Shown here piece by piece: positions 1-10,492 of a stretch of DNA of 64,000 bases; position 1 is the stretch's first letter; each line of letters begins with the position of its first letter. Both the position numbers and the translations under genes were made by a program. Source of the DNA: a virus; the IMG/VR virus record IMGVR_UViG_3300044591_002420, positions 61,004-125,003 of that record; one strand, given 5' to 3'. The notes beneath the pieces were generated by a model, which made no database searches, was not told the origin of the DNA, and saw only the letters and a list, made by a program, of their open reading frames with translations.

Positions 1-69
1 CTGATTGGTTAGGTGTTAGACAGTTTCTTAATAATCCACCAAAATAACATTTCTTTAAATCTTATTATT

Positions 70-552
70 GTGGACAAATTTGAACAAGCTAGAGATCCAA
101 ACGCTCCAACGAATGTACTAGAACAACTAGCGACCGATGTGGATCCTGATGTTCGTTGGTATGTAGCACAAAATCCAAACACACCACCAAAAGTTCTAGA
201 ACAACTAGCGACCGATGAGGATTCTGATGTTTGTTATCGGGTAGCAGAAAACCCAAACACTCCACCAAAAGTCCTAGAACAACTAGCGACTGATGGGAAT
301 TCTGATGTTCGTTCGTGTGCAGCACGAAATTCAAACACACCACCAAAAGTTCTAGAACAATTAGCGACCGATAAGTATTCTAGTGTTCGTTATGACGTAG
401 CAAATAATCCAAACACACCACCAAAAGTACTAAAGCTTCTAGCGACCGATGAGTATTATGGTGTTCGTTATTGTGTAGCAAAAAATCCAAACACTCCACA
501 TTACATCAAGAGGTATCTTAAAATTCAAGAACAACTTAGGACACTTCTTTAA
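70..552 (+). CDS. LRV/HEAT-like repeat protein (5 repeats + C-cap)
   Basis: 26-aa repeats NPNTPPKVLEQLATDxxxxVRxxVAx and C-cap PHYIKRYLKIQEQL; GTG at 70 is the likelier start (ORF open from 13). Confidence 0.85.
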   Translation: MDKFEQARDPNAPTNVLEQLATDVDPDVRWYVAQNPNTPPKVLEQLATDEDSDVCYRVAENPNTPPKVLEQLATDGNSDVRSCAARNSNTPPKVLEQLATDKYSSVRYDVANNPNTPPKVLKLLATDEYYGVRYCVAKNPNTPHYIKRYLKIQEQLRTLL

Positions 553-605
553 CTGTCACAACAAAATACCCAGACCATCCAAAAACCCACTACCATAAAA
601 AGACA

Positions 606-917
606 ATGAGTTACGAACACTATGTGAAACAACTTAAACCATGTTCTGAATGTGGTGAACCCCATGATCTTCGTTGGTGTGGCATCAGTGTCAGACCTTA
701 TTGTGGAAATTGTAAAAATTGGGGAGCCGTTAATTATAAAGCCGCCGAGGATGCAATTGCTTCTTGGAATGCATCTTATGAGCGAGCAGAAAAACGGTGG
801 CGAAATGAGGACCAAATTCGGAATCTTGAAAAGTATTCAAGGCAAATCGGTATTGATCTATCCATTCAAGATCTTATTGATTTCCATCGCGCCCATTCTT
901 CACATCTATTTTCTTAG
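606..917 (+). CDS. Lar-like (restriction alleviation) zinc-finger protein
   Basis: LKPCSECG...CGNC...AEDAIASWN matches the Lar-family pattern LKPCxxCG..CxxC..AIxAWN. Confidence 0.55.
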   Translation: MSYEHYVKQLKPCSECGEPHDLRWCGISVRPYCGNCKNWGAVNYKAAEDAIASWNASYERAEKRWRNEDQIRNLEKYSRQIGIDLSIQDLIDFHRAHSSHLFS

Positions 918-928
918 GAGGTTTTATT

Positions 929-1159
929 ATGAAAAATGTTGACGTTGAATTGTCTATTTTTCTTATTGGAGTGTTTCTTTGTGTTATTGTTGCAATCATT
1001 GGGGATTATTATAATGATTTGATGACCAAAAAACAATATACAAATAATCTCGAAATCGTTATTAACTGCCGTAAGTCTCATGCACCTAATATTCTGGTTG
1101 CAGATCGGATTTGTGGTCCTGTTCCTCAATGGGCAACTCATAACAGGGAGGCCGAATGA
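929..1159 (+). CDS. Small membrane protein
   Basis: AGGAGG RBS upstream; N-terminal hydrophobic helix. Confidence 0.7.
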   Translation: MKNVDVELSIFLIGVFLCVIVAIIGDYYNDLMTKKQYTNNLEIVINCRKSHAPNILVADRICGPVPQWATHNREAE

Positions 1160-1554
1160 TGAAACCATTTGATTATTACTCAAACAACACTGAAGTTTAT
1201 CCAGAAAGACGGGAATATACAGGAGTCTTTGTTTATGATAAAGGCAAATTAATCTGGCAAGGAAGTTTAAATGTTTATAGTCAGGTATTAGAATCTCTTA
1301 AACGAAATCACCCCAATTATGTAATTCAAAAATTTGTTCATGAGGATGCTTACAAAGAGCAGAGAACAAAATGGAATATTGAAAATACTCGGCTCTATAA
1401 TGAATTTAAAAGGGATCTCTTTGAAGAGTTTGGAGTTGAAAATCACCCTAAACGAGAAAAAGTTTTTGAGATGGCATGGGAACGTGCGCACTCTTCAGGA
1501 TACTATGAAGTTTACTTAGCCTTTGAAGATCTTGTTGAACTTATTAAGGATTAA
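1156..1554 (+). CDS. Hypothetical phage protein
   Basis: ATGA overlap with the previous gene, co-directional. Confidence 0.75.
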   Translation: MMKPFDYYSNNTEVYPERREYTGVFVYDKGKLIWQGSLNVYSQVLESLKRNHPNYVIQKFVHEDAYKEQRTKWNIENTRLYNEFKRDLFEEFGVENHPKREKVFEMAWERAHSSGYYEVYLAFEDLVELIKD

Positions 1555-1556
1555 TT

Positions 1557-1844
1557 ATGACAAATCTCTTTGAATACCCGAATAGTTGGAATTCTCCAAG
1601 ATTTTTCTTTCAGAAGAATATTGGGGATATCATCAATGAGCTATCTTTGGCTCACGGATTGGATCTAAAAACATTCACCGAAAATAGAGGTTTCTTTAAT
1701 AGATCTGGAACCTTTACTGTTGTAGGTGAGTTTTCCGATGTTCGCGCCTTTGGTGAATTTCTGGAATCTACCTATAACAACTATCTCACCCACAATAATA
1801 CTGACTGGGATCTCTACCAAAATTACGATTACACAGAACAATGA
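1557..1844 (+). CDS. Hypothetical protein
   Basis: Tightly packed + strand ORF. Confidence 0.7.
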   Translation: MTNLFEYPNSWNSPRFFFQKNIGDIINELSLAHGLDLKTFTENRGFFNRSGTFTVVGEFSDVRAFGEFLESTYNNYLTHNNTDWDLYQNYDYTEQ

Positions 1845-2482
1845 TTTTTGAATCTCTTCTTTCTCTGGCTCTGATTCACAATCAACCAGTTGTTACACCT
1901 CGTCTATATACTCCTCCGATTATTTTGGCGGCTCGGAGTAATAGGGGTTATCGTCCATCCACTTCAATTCGCCCAACTTCTTCATCACCGTCTATTAGTC
2001 GGCCTATTCGTTCTTCTGGTGGTAATATTGTTATTAATCAACAAAGGGGATTTAAGCCTTCTAATACTCCCTTGAACGTAACTCGGTCTTCCGCTGGTAA
2101 TGTTGTTATTAATCGACAACGAACTTCTCCACCAGTTATTCGCACAGCTCCCGTTATTCGTTCTACGCCTTCGTCTAGCACAGCTCCCGTTATTCGTTCT
2201 CCACGAGTTTATACATCTCGTCCCATCGTGAGAGAGAGGATTATTGAACGGGAATCCGGTGGCGGTTTTCTCGGTAATCCATTCTTTTGGCTTTATATGA
2301 GTCAACAAAACAATAATTCTCAACCACGACAGGTTATTGTTCAGACACCTTCACAACCACAAAATACAACAGTTCAACCGATTATCCAAAAAAATGATTA
2401 TAATCCTGGACGAGAATTTGCTACATTCGCTCTAGGTTCCGGTCTTACTGTTCTGGCTATGCGTTCTCTCGCTCGTTCTTGA
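1841..2482 (+). CDS. Low-complexity R/S/P-rich protein with hydrophobic termini
   Basis: Internal duplications (GNxVINxQR twice, TAPVIRS twice); hydrophobic N- and C-termini. Confidence 0.7.
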   Translation: MIFESLLSLALIHNQPVVTPRLYTPPIILAARSNRGYRPSTSIRPTSSSPSISRPIRSSGGNIVINQQRGFKPSNTPLNVTRSSAGNVVINRQRTSPPVIRTAPVIRSTPSSSTAPVIRSPRVYTSRPIVRERIIERESGGGFLGNPFFWLYMSQQNNNSQPRQVIVQTPSQPQNTTVQPIIQKNDYNPGREFATFALGSGLTVLAMRSLARS

Positions 2483-2485
2483 ATT

Positions 2486-2725
2486 ATGGCATTCACTTTT
2501 GAAGGCACAATTGATATTCCCCTGAAGAGTTTTTATTCTTGGGCAGAGGCTAATTATGGTCTCGGTGGAGGTTATGAGCGCTGTTATGGTGTTCCCACAG
2601 TCAACAAAGACAATCATACAATAGAAATTAGTGTTGCCGGCTCTGATGTATCTAATCCTACAGAATGGCGAGAAAAACCAAAAGCTGTTTTAGAATGGAA
2701 AGAAAAGGGTATCCCTAATTATTAA
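2486..2725 (+). CDS. Hypothetical protein
   Basis: Packed ORF. Confidence 0.7.
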   Translation: MAFTFEGTIDIPLKSFYSWAEANYGLGGGYERCYGVPTVNKDNHTIEISVAGSDVSNPTEWREKPKAVLEWKEKGIPNY

Positions 2726-2733
2726 ATTTGATT

Positions 2734-3090
2734 ATGTGTCATTATCTCCAATCATGGAATCCAAACACACCACCAAAAACACTGGAACAACTAGCAACCG
2801 ATGAATATTATTTGGTTCGTTGGAACGTAGCAAATAATCCAAACACACCACCAAAAACACTGGAACAACTAGCAACCGATGAATATTATTTGGTTCGTTG
2901 GAACGTAGCAAATAATCCAAACACACCACCAAAAGTTCTAGAAATTCTAGCGACCGATAAGGAGTATCGGGTTCGTTATGGGGTAGCAATAAATCCAAAC
3001 ACTCCACACTACATCAAAAAGTATCTTAAAATTCAAGAACATCTTAGGACACTCCACAAACTGTCACATCCTCAACACCATACCACCTAA
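2734..3090 (+). CDS. LRV repeat protein (3 repeats, two identical 78-bp units)
   Basis: Exact 78-bp tandem duplication; C-cap PHYIKKYLKIQEHL. Confidence 0.8.
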   Translation: MCHYLQSWNPNTPPKTLEQLATDEYYLVRWNVANNPNTPPKTLEQLATDEYYLVRWNVANNPNTPPKVLEILATDKEYRVRYGVAINPNTPHYIKKYLKIQEHLRTLHKLSHPQHHTT

Positions 3091-3132
3091 ATTCTCGCTA
3101 TTCTAGTTTTGTTAACCAAGGAGGATTCAACC

Positions 3133-3426
3133 ATGTCCGCTCAAGTTATTGATCGCCCCGTTATTCAAGATGCTGGTGTAGAAAAGAAGCCTTCACCTCG
3201 GTATCGGGTGCTTCTCCATAACGATGAATTTAATATCCCTCAAAATGTAGTAAGGTGGTTGATGGAAGTTGTGCAACTCGGTGAACAAACTGCGACTGAT
3301 ATTATGTTGAATGCTCATTATAGAGGAGTAGGCCTTGTTAAAGTGTGTGACATTGAAATGGCCGAGTTCTATGTGGAACAACTGAAATCAAAGGGTCTCA
3401 CTATGAGTATGGAACCTGAGGAGTGA
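3133..3426 (+). CDS. clpS: ATP-dependent Clp protease adaptor ClpS
   Basis: PRYRVLLHNDEFN...IMLNAHYRGVGLV...AEFYVEQLKSKGLTMSMEPEE; GGAGG RBS before ATG 3133. Confidence 0.85.
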   Translation: MSAQVIDRPVIQDAGVEKKPSPRYRVLLHNDEFNIPQNVVRWLMEVVQLGEQTATDIMLNAHYRGVGLVKVCDIEMAEFYVEQLKSKGLTMSMEPEE

Positions 3427-3460
3427 ATTCATATTATCAATTTTACCAAGAGGAATTAAC

Positions 3461-4051
3461 ATGATTAATTTGGAAGATTATGTAGATCAGGAAGTGATTA
3501 TTATTAATAGTGAAAGACTATCACGATTTAACTATCATTCTATCTGCTATAAGGTAGGGAAAGTCACCAGAAAACATCATGATTCTACCAGTATTAATCA
3601 TTTTATTATCGGTAAAGACTCTTACACAAAAGAGGGTCGTCTTTTTGGGGGCGAGGGTGTGCAGAAGATTATATATATTCACCGCATTGTTCCGAAACTT
3701 ATTGGTTTGGCTCAGAAGGCACCCAATATTGAACTGGAGCAATTTGTGGGTAAGAAAGTTCTTGTTAAGTATAATGATAACACCGTTTATATTGGTAGAG
3801 TAGAAAAAAATGACAATGGAATTCTCTGCAGTTTTAATATCGGTAGTACTTCCTTCACTCATAAGGGATGTGTATATGGATGCTCTGATCCAAAATCTAT
3901 TCTAGAAATTTATGAAGAAGGCGCATATCAACTCTTCACTTCATCTATTCCCGAACCTGAAAATAAAAAGATGAATGAATTAGCTGAACAGATTAAGGAA
4001 CTCAATGAAACAGAACTAGTGGAATTGTTTAAGATTATTAAGGAACCTTGA
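3461..4051 (+). CDS. Hypothetical protein with internal two-fold repeat
   Basis: INLEDYVDQEV / IELEQFVGKKV duplicated domain. Confidence 0.7.
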   Translation: MINLEDYVDQEVIIINSERLSRFNYHSICYKVGKVTRKHHDSTSINHFIIGKDSYTKEGRLFGGEGVQKIIYIHRIVPKLIGLAQKAPNIELEQFVGKKVLVKYNDNTVYIGRVEKNDNGILCSFNIGSTSFTHKGCVYGCSDPKSILEIYEEGAYQLFTSSIPEPENKKMNELAEQIKELNETELVELFKIIKEP

Positions 4052-4599
4052 TGGATTTGTCTATTGATTCCTATGTTTCACCAGAAGTTCTTGCTGATCT
4101 CGCGGGGAACGATAGCCGTAAGATTCGGTGTGATGTGGCGTGTCATCCCAACACGCCATTGGAAGCCTTAGAACTTCTAGCTACTGATTGTGATCCTGAT
4201 GTTCGTTATTACGTAGCATTAAATGATAATACCCCATCGGGTACACTAGAACAATTAGCTAAAGATACAGATTTTGATGTTCGCTGTGAAGTAGCATGTC
4301 ATCTAAACACACCGACAGAAATCCTAGAACAACTAGCGACCGATAAAGTGTCTCCTGTTCGTTGGGGAGTAGCAAGAAATCCAAACACACCACCAAAAGC
4401 CCTAGAACAACTAGCGACCGATGAGAATCATAATGTTCGTTGTGGGGTGGCAGAAAATCCAAACACTCCACCAAAAGCCCTAGAGCTTCTAGCGACCGAT
4501 AAGAACTCTGATGTTCGTTATTGGGTAGCAAGAAATCCAAACACTCCACACTACATCAAAAAGTATCTTAAAATTCAAGAACATTTAGCTAGATTATGA
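4051..4599 (+). CDS. LRV repeat protein (6 repeats + C-cap)
   Basis: Repeat consensus and C-cap as above. Confidence 0.85.
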   Translation: MDLSIDSYVSPEVLADLAGNDSRKIRCDVACHPNTPLEALELLATDCDPDVRYYVALNDNTPSGTLEQLAKDTDFDVRCEVACHLNTPTEILEQLATDKVSPVRWGVARNPNTPPKALEQLATDENHNVRCGVAENPNTPPKALELLATDKNSDVRYWVARNPNTPHYIKKYLKIQEHLARL

Positions 4600-4997
4600 A
4601 CAAATTTAGAACATCAAAAAGCCGACGTACTTCACCAAAAGTCTTAGAAATTCTAGTGACCGATGAGGATCGTAATGTTCGTTCCAAAGTAGCACGAAAT
4701 CCAAACACACCACCAGAAGTCCTAGAACAACTGGCAACAGATCAGGATTATGTTGTTCGTTATGCTGTAGCAACACATCTAAACACTCCACCGAAAGTTC
4801 TAGAACAACTATCGACCGATGATATATTGGATGTTCGTTGGGATATTGCAGAAAATCCAAACACTCCACCAAAAGCTCTAGAACAACTAGCGAGCGATGA
4901 GGATTTTTCTGTTCGTTGTAGCGTAGCAGAAAATCCAAACACACCACACTTCATCAAGAAGTATCTTAAACTTCAAGAACATCTAAAAACATTATGA
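4596..4997 (+). CDS. LRV repeat protein (4 repeats + C-cap)
   Basis: Repeat consensus; ATGA-coupled to the upstream LRV gene. Confidence 0.85.
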   Translation: MNKFRTSKSRRTSPKVLEILVTDEDRNVRSKVARNPNTPPEVLEQLATDQDYVVRYAVATHLNTPPKVLEQLSTDDILDVRWDIAENPNTPPKALEQLASDEDFSVRCSVAENPNTPHFIKKYLKLQEHLKTL

Positions 4998-5479
4998 AAT
5001 ACTTAATGCTCTCGGGAATCCCAACTAGCGGAAAATCCACTTATGTAAATAAGCTCCGGGAAAATCCTTATTGGCAATCTGCAGTAATCTTATCTACCGA
5101 TAATTATATTACTAAGATAGCAGAAGAGTCCGATACCACTTATGATGATGTTTTTGAAGAACATATTACTGAAGCAACAAGACAGCTACACTTAGATTTA
5201 CAAGAAGCAATCAAACACAATAAACCAATTATTCATGATCAGACTAATCTAACAATCAAAACTAGAGCAAAAAAACTTAGCAATATTCCTGAACGTTATC
5301 AGAAGATTGTTGTTCATTTTGAAGTTCCGCTAGAAGAAGCACTGAGAAGAAATAAATGTCGTCCAGGAAAGTTTATTTCTGAAGATATTATCAAAAGAAT
5401 GTTTTATACTTTTGAACCACCGACTTCAGACGAAGGATTCAATCTAGTCTTGAGGTCAGATCAAGAACTACTAATTTGA
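4994..5479 (+). CDS. AAA_33-type P-loop kinase (polynucleotide kinase-like)
   Basis: Walker A GIPTSGKST, LSTD, IIHDQTNL, ALRRN lid. Confidence 0.8.
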   Translation: MKYLMLSGIPTSGKSTYVNKLRENPYWQSAVILSTDNYITKIAEESDTTYDDVFEEHITEATRQLHLDLQEAIKHNKPIIHDQTNLTIKTRAKKLSNIPERYQKIVVHFEVPLEEALRRNKCRPGKFISEDIIKRMFYTFEPPTSDEGFNLVLRSDQELLI

Positions 5480-5485
5480 AATTTT

Positions 5486-6949
5486 ATGGAAACCCGAGAA
5501 TCACGTTTAAATAAAATCAATAACATAAATTGTCCATATGCTGTTAAATTTAATCCTAGCAGTAGAGTGATTTATTTACAAGAAAACCATAAACACTTGG
5601 CACCCGGAGCCGAATGTCAAACAGAAGTTAGTATAGCGGGGAGAGTTATATCAAAAAGAGTTTTTGGTAAACTAGCCTTTTTTACATTATTGGACGAAAC
5701 AGGAACAATTCAAGCTTATATTGATAAAGGTTACCTAGACAGTTTTAATAATTTATATTTTTCTGAATTAACAACATTGGTTGATATCGGTGACTGGATT
5801 GGCCTTAGCGGACATCTTAAAGGAACCGAAAAAGGAGAATTATCAGTAAAGGTTAGAACTTGGCAGATGCTTTCTAAGGCACTTCAATCTTTACCTGATA
5901 AATGGCATGGATTAATTGACGTTGAAAAACGTTACAGACAAAGATATCTTGATTTAATTAGTAATCCGAAAAATAAAGAAATCTTTTATAAGAGATCTAA
6001 AATCATAAAGACTATCCGAAATTTTTTAGATGAACAGAATTTCTTAGAAGTAGAAACTCCTATTCTTCAAACTGAAACGGGTGGAGCAGATGCTAGACCC
6101 TTTCTGACGCATCATAACACTTTAGATATCCCTCTTAATTTGAGGATTGCGACGGAACTTCACCTGAAAATGATGATTGTTGGGGGATTTGAAAGAATTT
6201 ATGAAATTGGTAGAATTTTTAGAAATGAAGGAATAAGTACAAAACACAATCCAGAATTCACCTCTATTGAAATTTATAGTGCTTTTTCTGATTATTACGA
6301 CATGATGGATTTAGTACAAAAACTTATCTCTGAATGTTGTAAACAAGTATGTGATTCTGAGATTATTGAATATCAAGGCAACTTAATAGATTTTTCCTTT
6401 GGATTTCGTCGTGTTTCAATGCATGAAATTGTAGAGGAAAAAACAGGTTTAAATTTTAATAATTTCAATACTTGCCAAGAAGCTATTATTGAATTGAATA
6501 AAATGGGAATTGAACCTAGATCAAGTGATTCTTTGGGGCGACTTCTTAATGATGTTTTTGAGCAAAAAGTGGAAAATGAATTAATTCAACCGACAATTGT
6601 TATGGATTATCCGATAGAGATATCTCCTCTTGCCCGGCCTCATAGAAGCAAATCTGGTTTGGTTGAAAGATTTGAACTTTTTGTTGCAGGAAGAGAATTG
6701 GCGAATGCATTTAGTGAATTGATTGATCCGATAGACCAAAGAGCCAGATTTGAAGAACAACAACAAAGAAAAATAAATGGAGATTTAGAGGCACAAAATA
6801 TAAATGAATTATTCTTAGAAGCACTTGAGGTAGGAATGCCGCCAACTGGAGGACTAGGTATAGGAATCGATAGATTAGTTATGTTACTAACTGATAGTGC
6901 ATCAATTCGTGAAGTTATCGCTTTCCCTTTATTGAAACCCACCAATTGA
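5486..6949 (+). CDS. lysS: Lysyl-tRNA synthetase (class II)
   Basis: OB fold (FGKLAFFTL), [59 protein letters not shown]. Confidence 0.97.
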   Translation: METRESRLNKINNINCPYAVKFNPSSRVIYLQENHKHLAPGAECQTEVSIAGRVISKRVFGKLAFFTLLDETGTIQAYIDKGYLDSFNNLYFSELTTLVDIGDWIGLSGHLKGTEKGELSVKVRTWQMLSKALQSLPDKWHGLIDVEKRYRQRYLDLISNPKNKEIFYKRSKIIKTIRNFLDEQNFLEVETPILQTETGGADARPFLTHHNTLDIPLNLRIATELHLKMMIVGGFERIYEIGRIFRNEGISTKHNPEFTSIEIYSAFSDYYDMMDLVQKLISECCKQVCDSEIIEYQGNLIDFSFGFRRVSMHEIVEEKTGLNFNNFNTCQEAIIELNKMGIEPRSSDSLGRLLNDVFEQKVENELIQPTIVMDYPIEISPLARPHRSKSGLVERFELFVAGRELANAFSELIDPIDQRARFEEQQQRKINGDLEAQNINELFLEALEVGMPPTGGLGIGIDRLVMLLTDSASIREVIAFPLLKPTN

Positions 6950-7163
6950 GGACAGATCAAGAACTGTCCATCTGACAAGCATTCCCACATCATAAAAGAG
7001 TAGACTTAAAACCCTATGTCCAAAAATAAATCAAATGGTGAGTTTTTATTAAACTATATGAAGACGAGAAGGTGAAAATTATTACTAAGGGAGAAAAAGG
7101 AAAAGATCCATCTAGTTTTGCTTCTACCACTGTTATACTTAAAGATACCAAAGATTCTGAAAA

Positions 7164-7955
7164 ATGAAAATTAAACTATTATCGGATCTACATCTAGATC
7201 AGGCGAAAGATCTTTCAATAATTGATTATTACACCGAAACGATTCTTGCGTCCGGTGATCTTCTCATATTGGCCGGTGATATTTTATCATCCAAACATCT
7301 TTCTTCTGATGGATTTCTGAAGAACATTTATATCTCTTTCTTCCGAGAATGCTCTAAACGGTACGATAAGATTATCTATGTAATGGGTAATCATGAGCAT
7401 TTTGGATATAATTGTAGTCGTACAAAAAATAAGATACAAGAATTTCTGCCGAATAACTTCTATCTGCTAGAGAATCAAACTCTTCAAATTGATAATTGGA
7501 ATTTCATTGGTTTTACCTTATGGACTGATTTCAATAGAGCAAATCCGTTAGATATGATAAATGCATCGTCTTATATGAATGATTATAAGACAATTAGAAT
7601 TACTGAGCGTTATCGTAAACTCAGACCCGAAGACTCACTCGCATTTCATCGCGGAAGTTTGCACTTTCTAAAAGAGCAACTCAATTTGATGAGCGATAAT
7701 GTTTTCGTGATCAGTCATCATACTCCGAGTTATCGTTCGGTTCCACCTAAATTTATCAGCAATCTTCATAATTCGGCTTATTGTACTTCACTAGATGAGC
7801 TTATTATGGATTCTCCACAGATTAAGTATTGGGCTCACGGTCATACACATTGGCAACAAGATTATTATATTGAACAATGTAGAGTATTATGTAATCCTCA
7901 TGGTTATTATGGAGAAACTACTGGATTCAATCCTAATTTTGAATTGGAAATCTAA
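7164..7955 (+). CDS. Calcineurin-like metallophosphoesterase
   Basis: SDLH, AGD, GNHE, HH, HGHTH and CNPHGY motifs. Confidence 0.92.
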   Translation: MKIKLLSDLHLDQAKDLSIIDYYTETILASGDLLILAGDILSSKHLSSDGFLKNIYISFFRECSKRYDKIIYVMGNHEHFGYNCSRTKNKIQEFLPNNFYLLENQTLQIDNWNFIGFTLWTDFNRANPLDMINASSYMNDYKTIRITERYRKLRPEDSLAFHRGSLHFLKEQLNLMSDNVFVISHHTPSYRSVPPKFISNLHNSAYCTSLDELIMDSPQIKYWAHGHTHWQQDYYIEQCRVLCNPHGYYGETTGFNPNFELEI

Positions 7956-8047
7956 TTAAAATGTCGTGCCACTCACACAACTGTCCACCGAAATCCACTT
8001 CTTCTTTCACCATCTGCTAAACTGAATTCACAAACAACGGAGTAATT

Positions 8048-8401
8048 ATGGGCTATCTCACGACCTTTACTGTCTATAATGATTTTGCACATGATATCAA
8101 AAAGGATCCCAAGCAATTTGGTGAAAAAGTTTATGAACATATCTGTGAAATGGAGACTGGCGATGTTAGTCTGGAAATCGGCAATTATTGCGCGACGGTT
8201 GCTATTGGTCAACATTCTCGTCATGCCGATGATCTCACAATCTATGTTCACATGGGAAATTGTGTGACCGAAGTGAATCCATATTCGCGCTCTTTTCAGG
8301 AATTAGTCAATAAAAATCCTCAGTTTGCAGATAAATTGATTAATTTTATTGAGGCAGAATTGGAGGAATTGAAAAAATTCAAACAAACAAAAAATAATTG
8401 A
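8048..8401 (+). CDS. Hypothetical protein
   Basis: Follows palindrome promoter 7966; GGAG RBS. Confidence 0.75.
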   Translation: MGYLTTFTVYNDFAHDIKKDPKQFGEKVYEHICEMETGDVSLEIGNYCATVAIGQHSRHADDLTIYVHMGNCVTEVNPYSRSFQELVNKNPQFADKLINFIEAELEELKKFKQTKNN

Positions 8402-8410
8402 GGTATTATC

Positions 8411-9259
8411 ATGGGCTGCTGGAACAAAACTTGTGGATTTTCGGGTCTTTCTATTATGGTGGGAGACCCGGTTTATGTCTTTGTTTTGAAGAAAAGCGAT
8501 TATTATGATCCATGCTCTTCAACTTCAGAATATACACCATTTCTTGCACCATTTGAGAGTTTTTATAATGATTATGGAAGTGGTGAAAATTCTAGAGGAG
8601 TCTGGCTACCATATATTATGGAAGCTCTTAAGAAGAAACTTATTGAAATGGAGGTCGGGGAAAATAAATGTCATGACATTGCAGTAAAACGCGATGATTT
8701 TGATGTGGATCTTTTCTTCTCGGCAATTAAAGAAGATCGGTTGTTTATTAATAAACATCAACCGAGTAATGCTATTCGTTTTACGATGATGCATAAAAGT
8801 ATCATTGATAAAATGTTAGAAGAATTTGAGTTCCGCCATTATGATTTTTTTAGGGAAATGGGGAAATGGGATTATAAATTTGCCGATATTATCACAAGAG
8901 TTGAAAATTATTGGAATAATATTAAATCATTTTATAACATCCATCAATTAATTGATTTTAATTATGATTCAATCATTGGGTCTTATATTTTCCATTATAT
9001 GTCAACCATCAATTTTATACCGATAAGAGAAGTTATCGGCGAATGCCTACAAAATAACACCGAAGATGAAGTTGCTATTAATCTCATTAAAGAATATCTC
9101 AAAGGATTACACGTTGAGATAATGATGAATCATCTTCGCAAAACTTGGCTACCTGGAGGATTTGAAGGTTCACAGGATTGTGAGTATGATGCATATAAAC
9201 TATTAGTCAATATTACACTAGAACATATTAAAGAAAAAGAAGAAGAATTGGATTATTAA
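8411..9259 (+). CDS. Hypothetical phage protein
   Basis: Long ORF with GAGG RBS. Confidence 0.8.
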   Translation: MGCWNKTCGFSGLSIMVGDPVYVFVLKKSDYYDPCSSTSEYTPFLAPFESFYNDYGSGENSRGVWLPYIMEALKKKLIEMEVGENKCHDIAVKRDDFDVDLFFSAIKEDRLFINKHQPSNAIRFTMMHKSIIDKMLEEFEFRHYDFFREMGKWDYKFADIITRVENYWNNIKSFYNIHQLIDFNYDSIIGSYIFHYMSTINFIPIREVIGECLQNNTEDEVAINLIKEYLKGLHVEIMMNHLRKTWLPGGFEGSQDCEYDAYKLLVNITLEHIKEKEEELDY

Positions 9260-9475
9260 ATGTCAAGAACACACCGAAGACAACCAGAAGAAAAGACTTG
9301 GTTTAAGCGCAATTATCGCCGACCGAGAACCTTTAATGAGAAAAAACAAATTGAAGATCTTATTCACGATGAAGATGTGAAACTAAGCAATCGTGAAAAA
9401 TCAAAACTCAATAATCTTCCAACCGCCTGGGATGACATCCGTAAAAGTTCCACTTATGAACAAGATTACCATTAA
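9260..9475 (+). CDS. Small basic hypothetical protein
   Basis: Packed ORF, RRPRT...LPTAWDD. Confidence 0.65.
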   Translation: MSRTHRRQPEEKTWFKRNYRRPRTFNEKKQIEDLIHDEDVKLSNREKSKLNNLPTAWDDIRKSSTYEQDYH

Positions 9476-10139
9476 GTATCCAAGAACATTACATCTTCCA
9501 TGGTCGGAAGGAATAACCTCAGATGATAAGAAAATAAAAACATTGAATAATTTTCATGGTAGAAGTGTCATTATAACAGAAAAGATGGATGGTGAAAACA
9601 CTACAATGTATAGGAATAATATACATGCGCGTTCATTAGACAGTCGCGGAGGAGAAGACCGCGCATGGATAAAGAATTTTTGGTCAACTTTTTCATATAA
9701 AATTCCAGAAAACTATAGAATTTGTGGTGAAAATCTTTGGGCTAAACATAGCATTTATTATCAACATTTGAAGTCTTATTTTTACGGATTTAGTGTCTGG
9801 AATGGAAATCTCTGTCTTAGTTGGGAAGAGACTAAACTGTTCTTTGAAGATCTAGGAATTTATTCTGTTCCGATTCTTTATGAGGGAATCTGGAATGAAG
9901 ATCTGATTCGTAATCTACAGAATACTATTAATTTACAAGAAGTTGAAGGGTATGTTGTAAGATTAGCAGATGAATTCTCTTGTGAAAATTTTGATTGCAG
10001 TGTTGCTAAATTTGTAAGAACCAATCATGTCCAAACGAATAATCATTGGCGCAGTGATAATTTCATACCAAATCGGCTATCAAATGATATTTCTCAAGAA
10101 GAATCTCTCATTACAACAATAGGAGAAAACGCAAAATGA
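9456..10139 (+). CDS. ATP-dependent RNA ligase (Rnl2-like nucleotidyltransferase)
   Basis: KYPRTLHLPWS, motif I TEKMDGEN, GENL, FYGF, EGYVVR, VAKFVR; ATG 9456 preferred. Confidence 0.88.
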   Translation: MNKITIKYPRTLHLPWSEGITSDDKKIKTLNNFHGRSVIITEKMDGENTTMYRNNIHARSLDSRGGEDRAWIKNFWSTFSYKIPENYRICGENLWAKHSIYYQHLKSYFYGFSVWNGNLCLSWEETKLFFEDLGIYSVPILYEGIWNEDLIRNLQNTINLQEVEGYVVRLADEFSCENFDCSVAKFVRTNHVQTNNHWRSDNFIPNRLSNDISQEESLITTIGENAK

Positions 10140-10492
10140 AGATTGAAGACATGGTTCAAGATATTGTCAGGGAAGGAATTCCAGTGACAATTAAATATAA
10201 TAAAGAGACAGATGAAATTCGTTATTATATTCCGGGATTTTATAAGTCCGATGGATCAGTTTATTTGGTAGAGGAAGAGGGTTGTAGAATTTTCTGCTAT
10301 CAAAGATATGGCGAAAAAACAGAATTGTACGATAATAACTTTATGGACAGTCTTGTTGGTGTGAATTATTATTGGTGGTCGGTAACAAAAGAAAGAAATC
10401 CAGGTTCCACAATTCTTCCAGATGATTATTGGAAAGAACATCTAATAAAATCTGGACGTATTAAAGTTGTAACTAAAACTGAATACGTGTGA
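10136..10492 (+). CDS. Hypothetical protein
   Basis: AGGAG RBS, ATGA overlap. Confidence 0.75.
   Translation: MKIEDMVQDIVREGIPVTIKYNKETDEIRYYIPGFYKSDGSVYLVEEEGCRIFCYQRYGEKTELYDNNFMDSLVGVNYYWWSVTKERNPGSTILPDDYWKEHLIKSGRIKVVTKTEYV

Noticed and set aside
70-5000. 78-bp periodic repeats read as a CRISPR array
   Set aside because: In-frame coding repeats with codon-structured variation; no cas genes or leader
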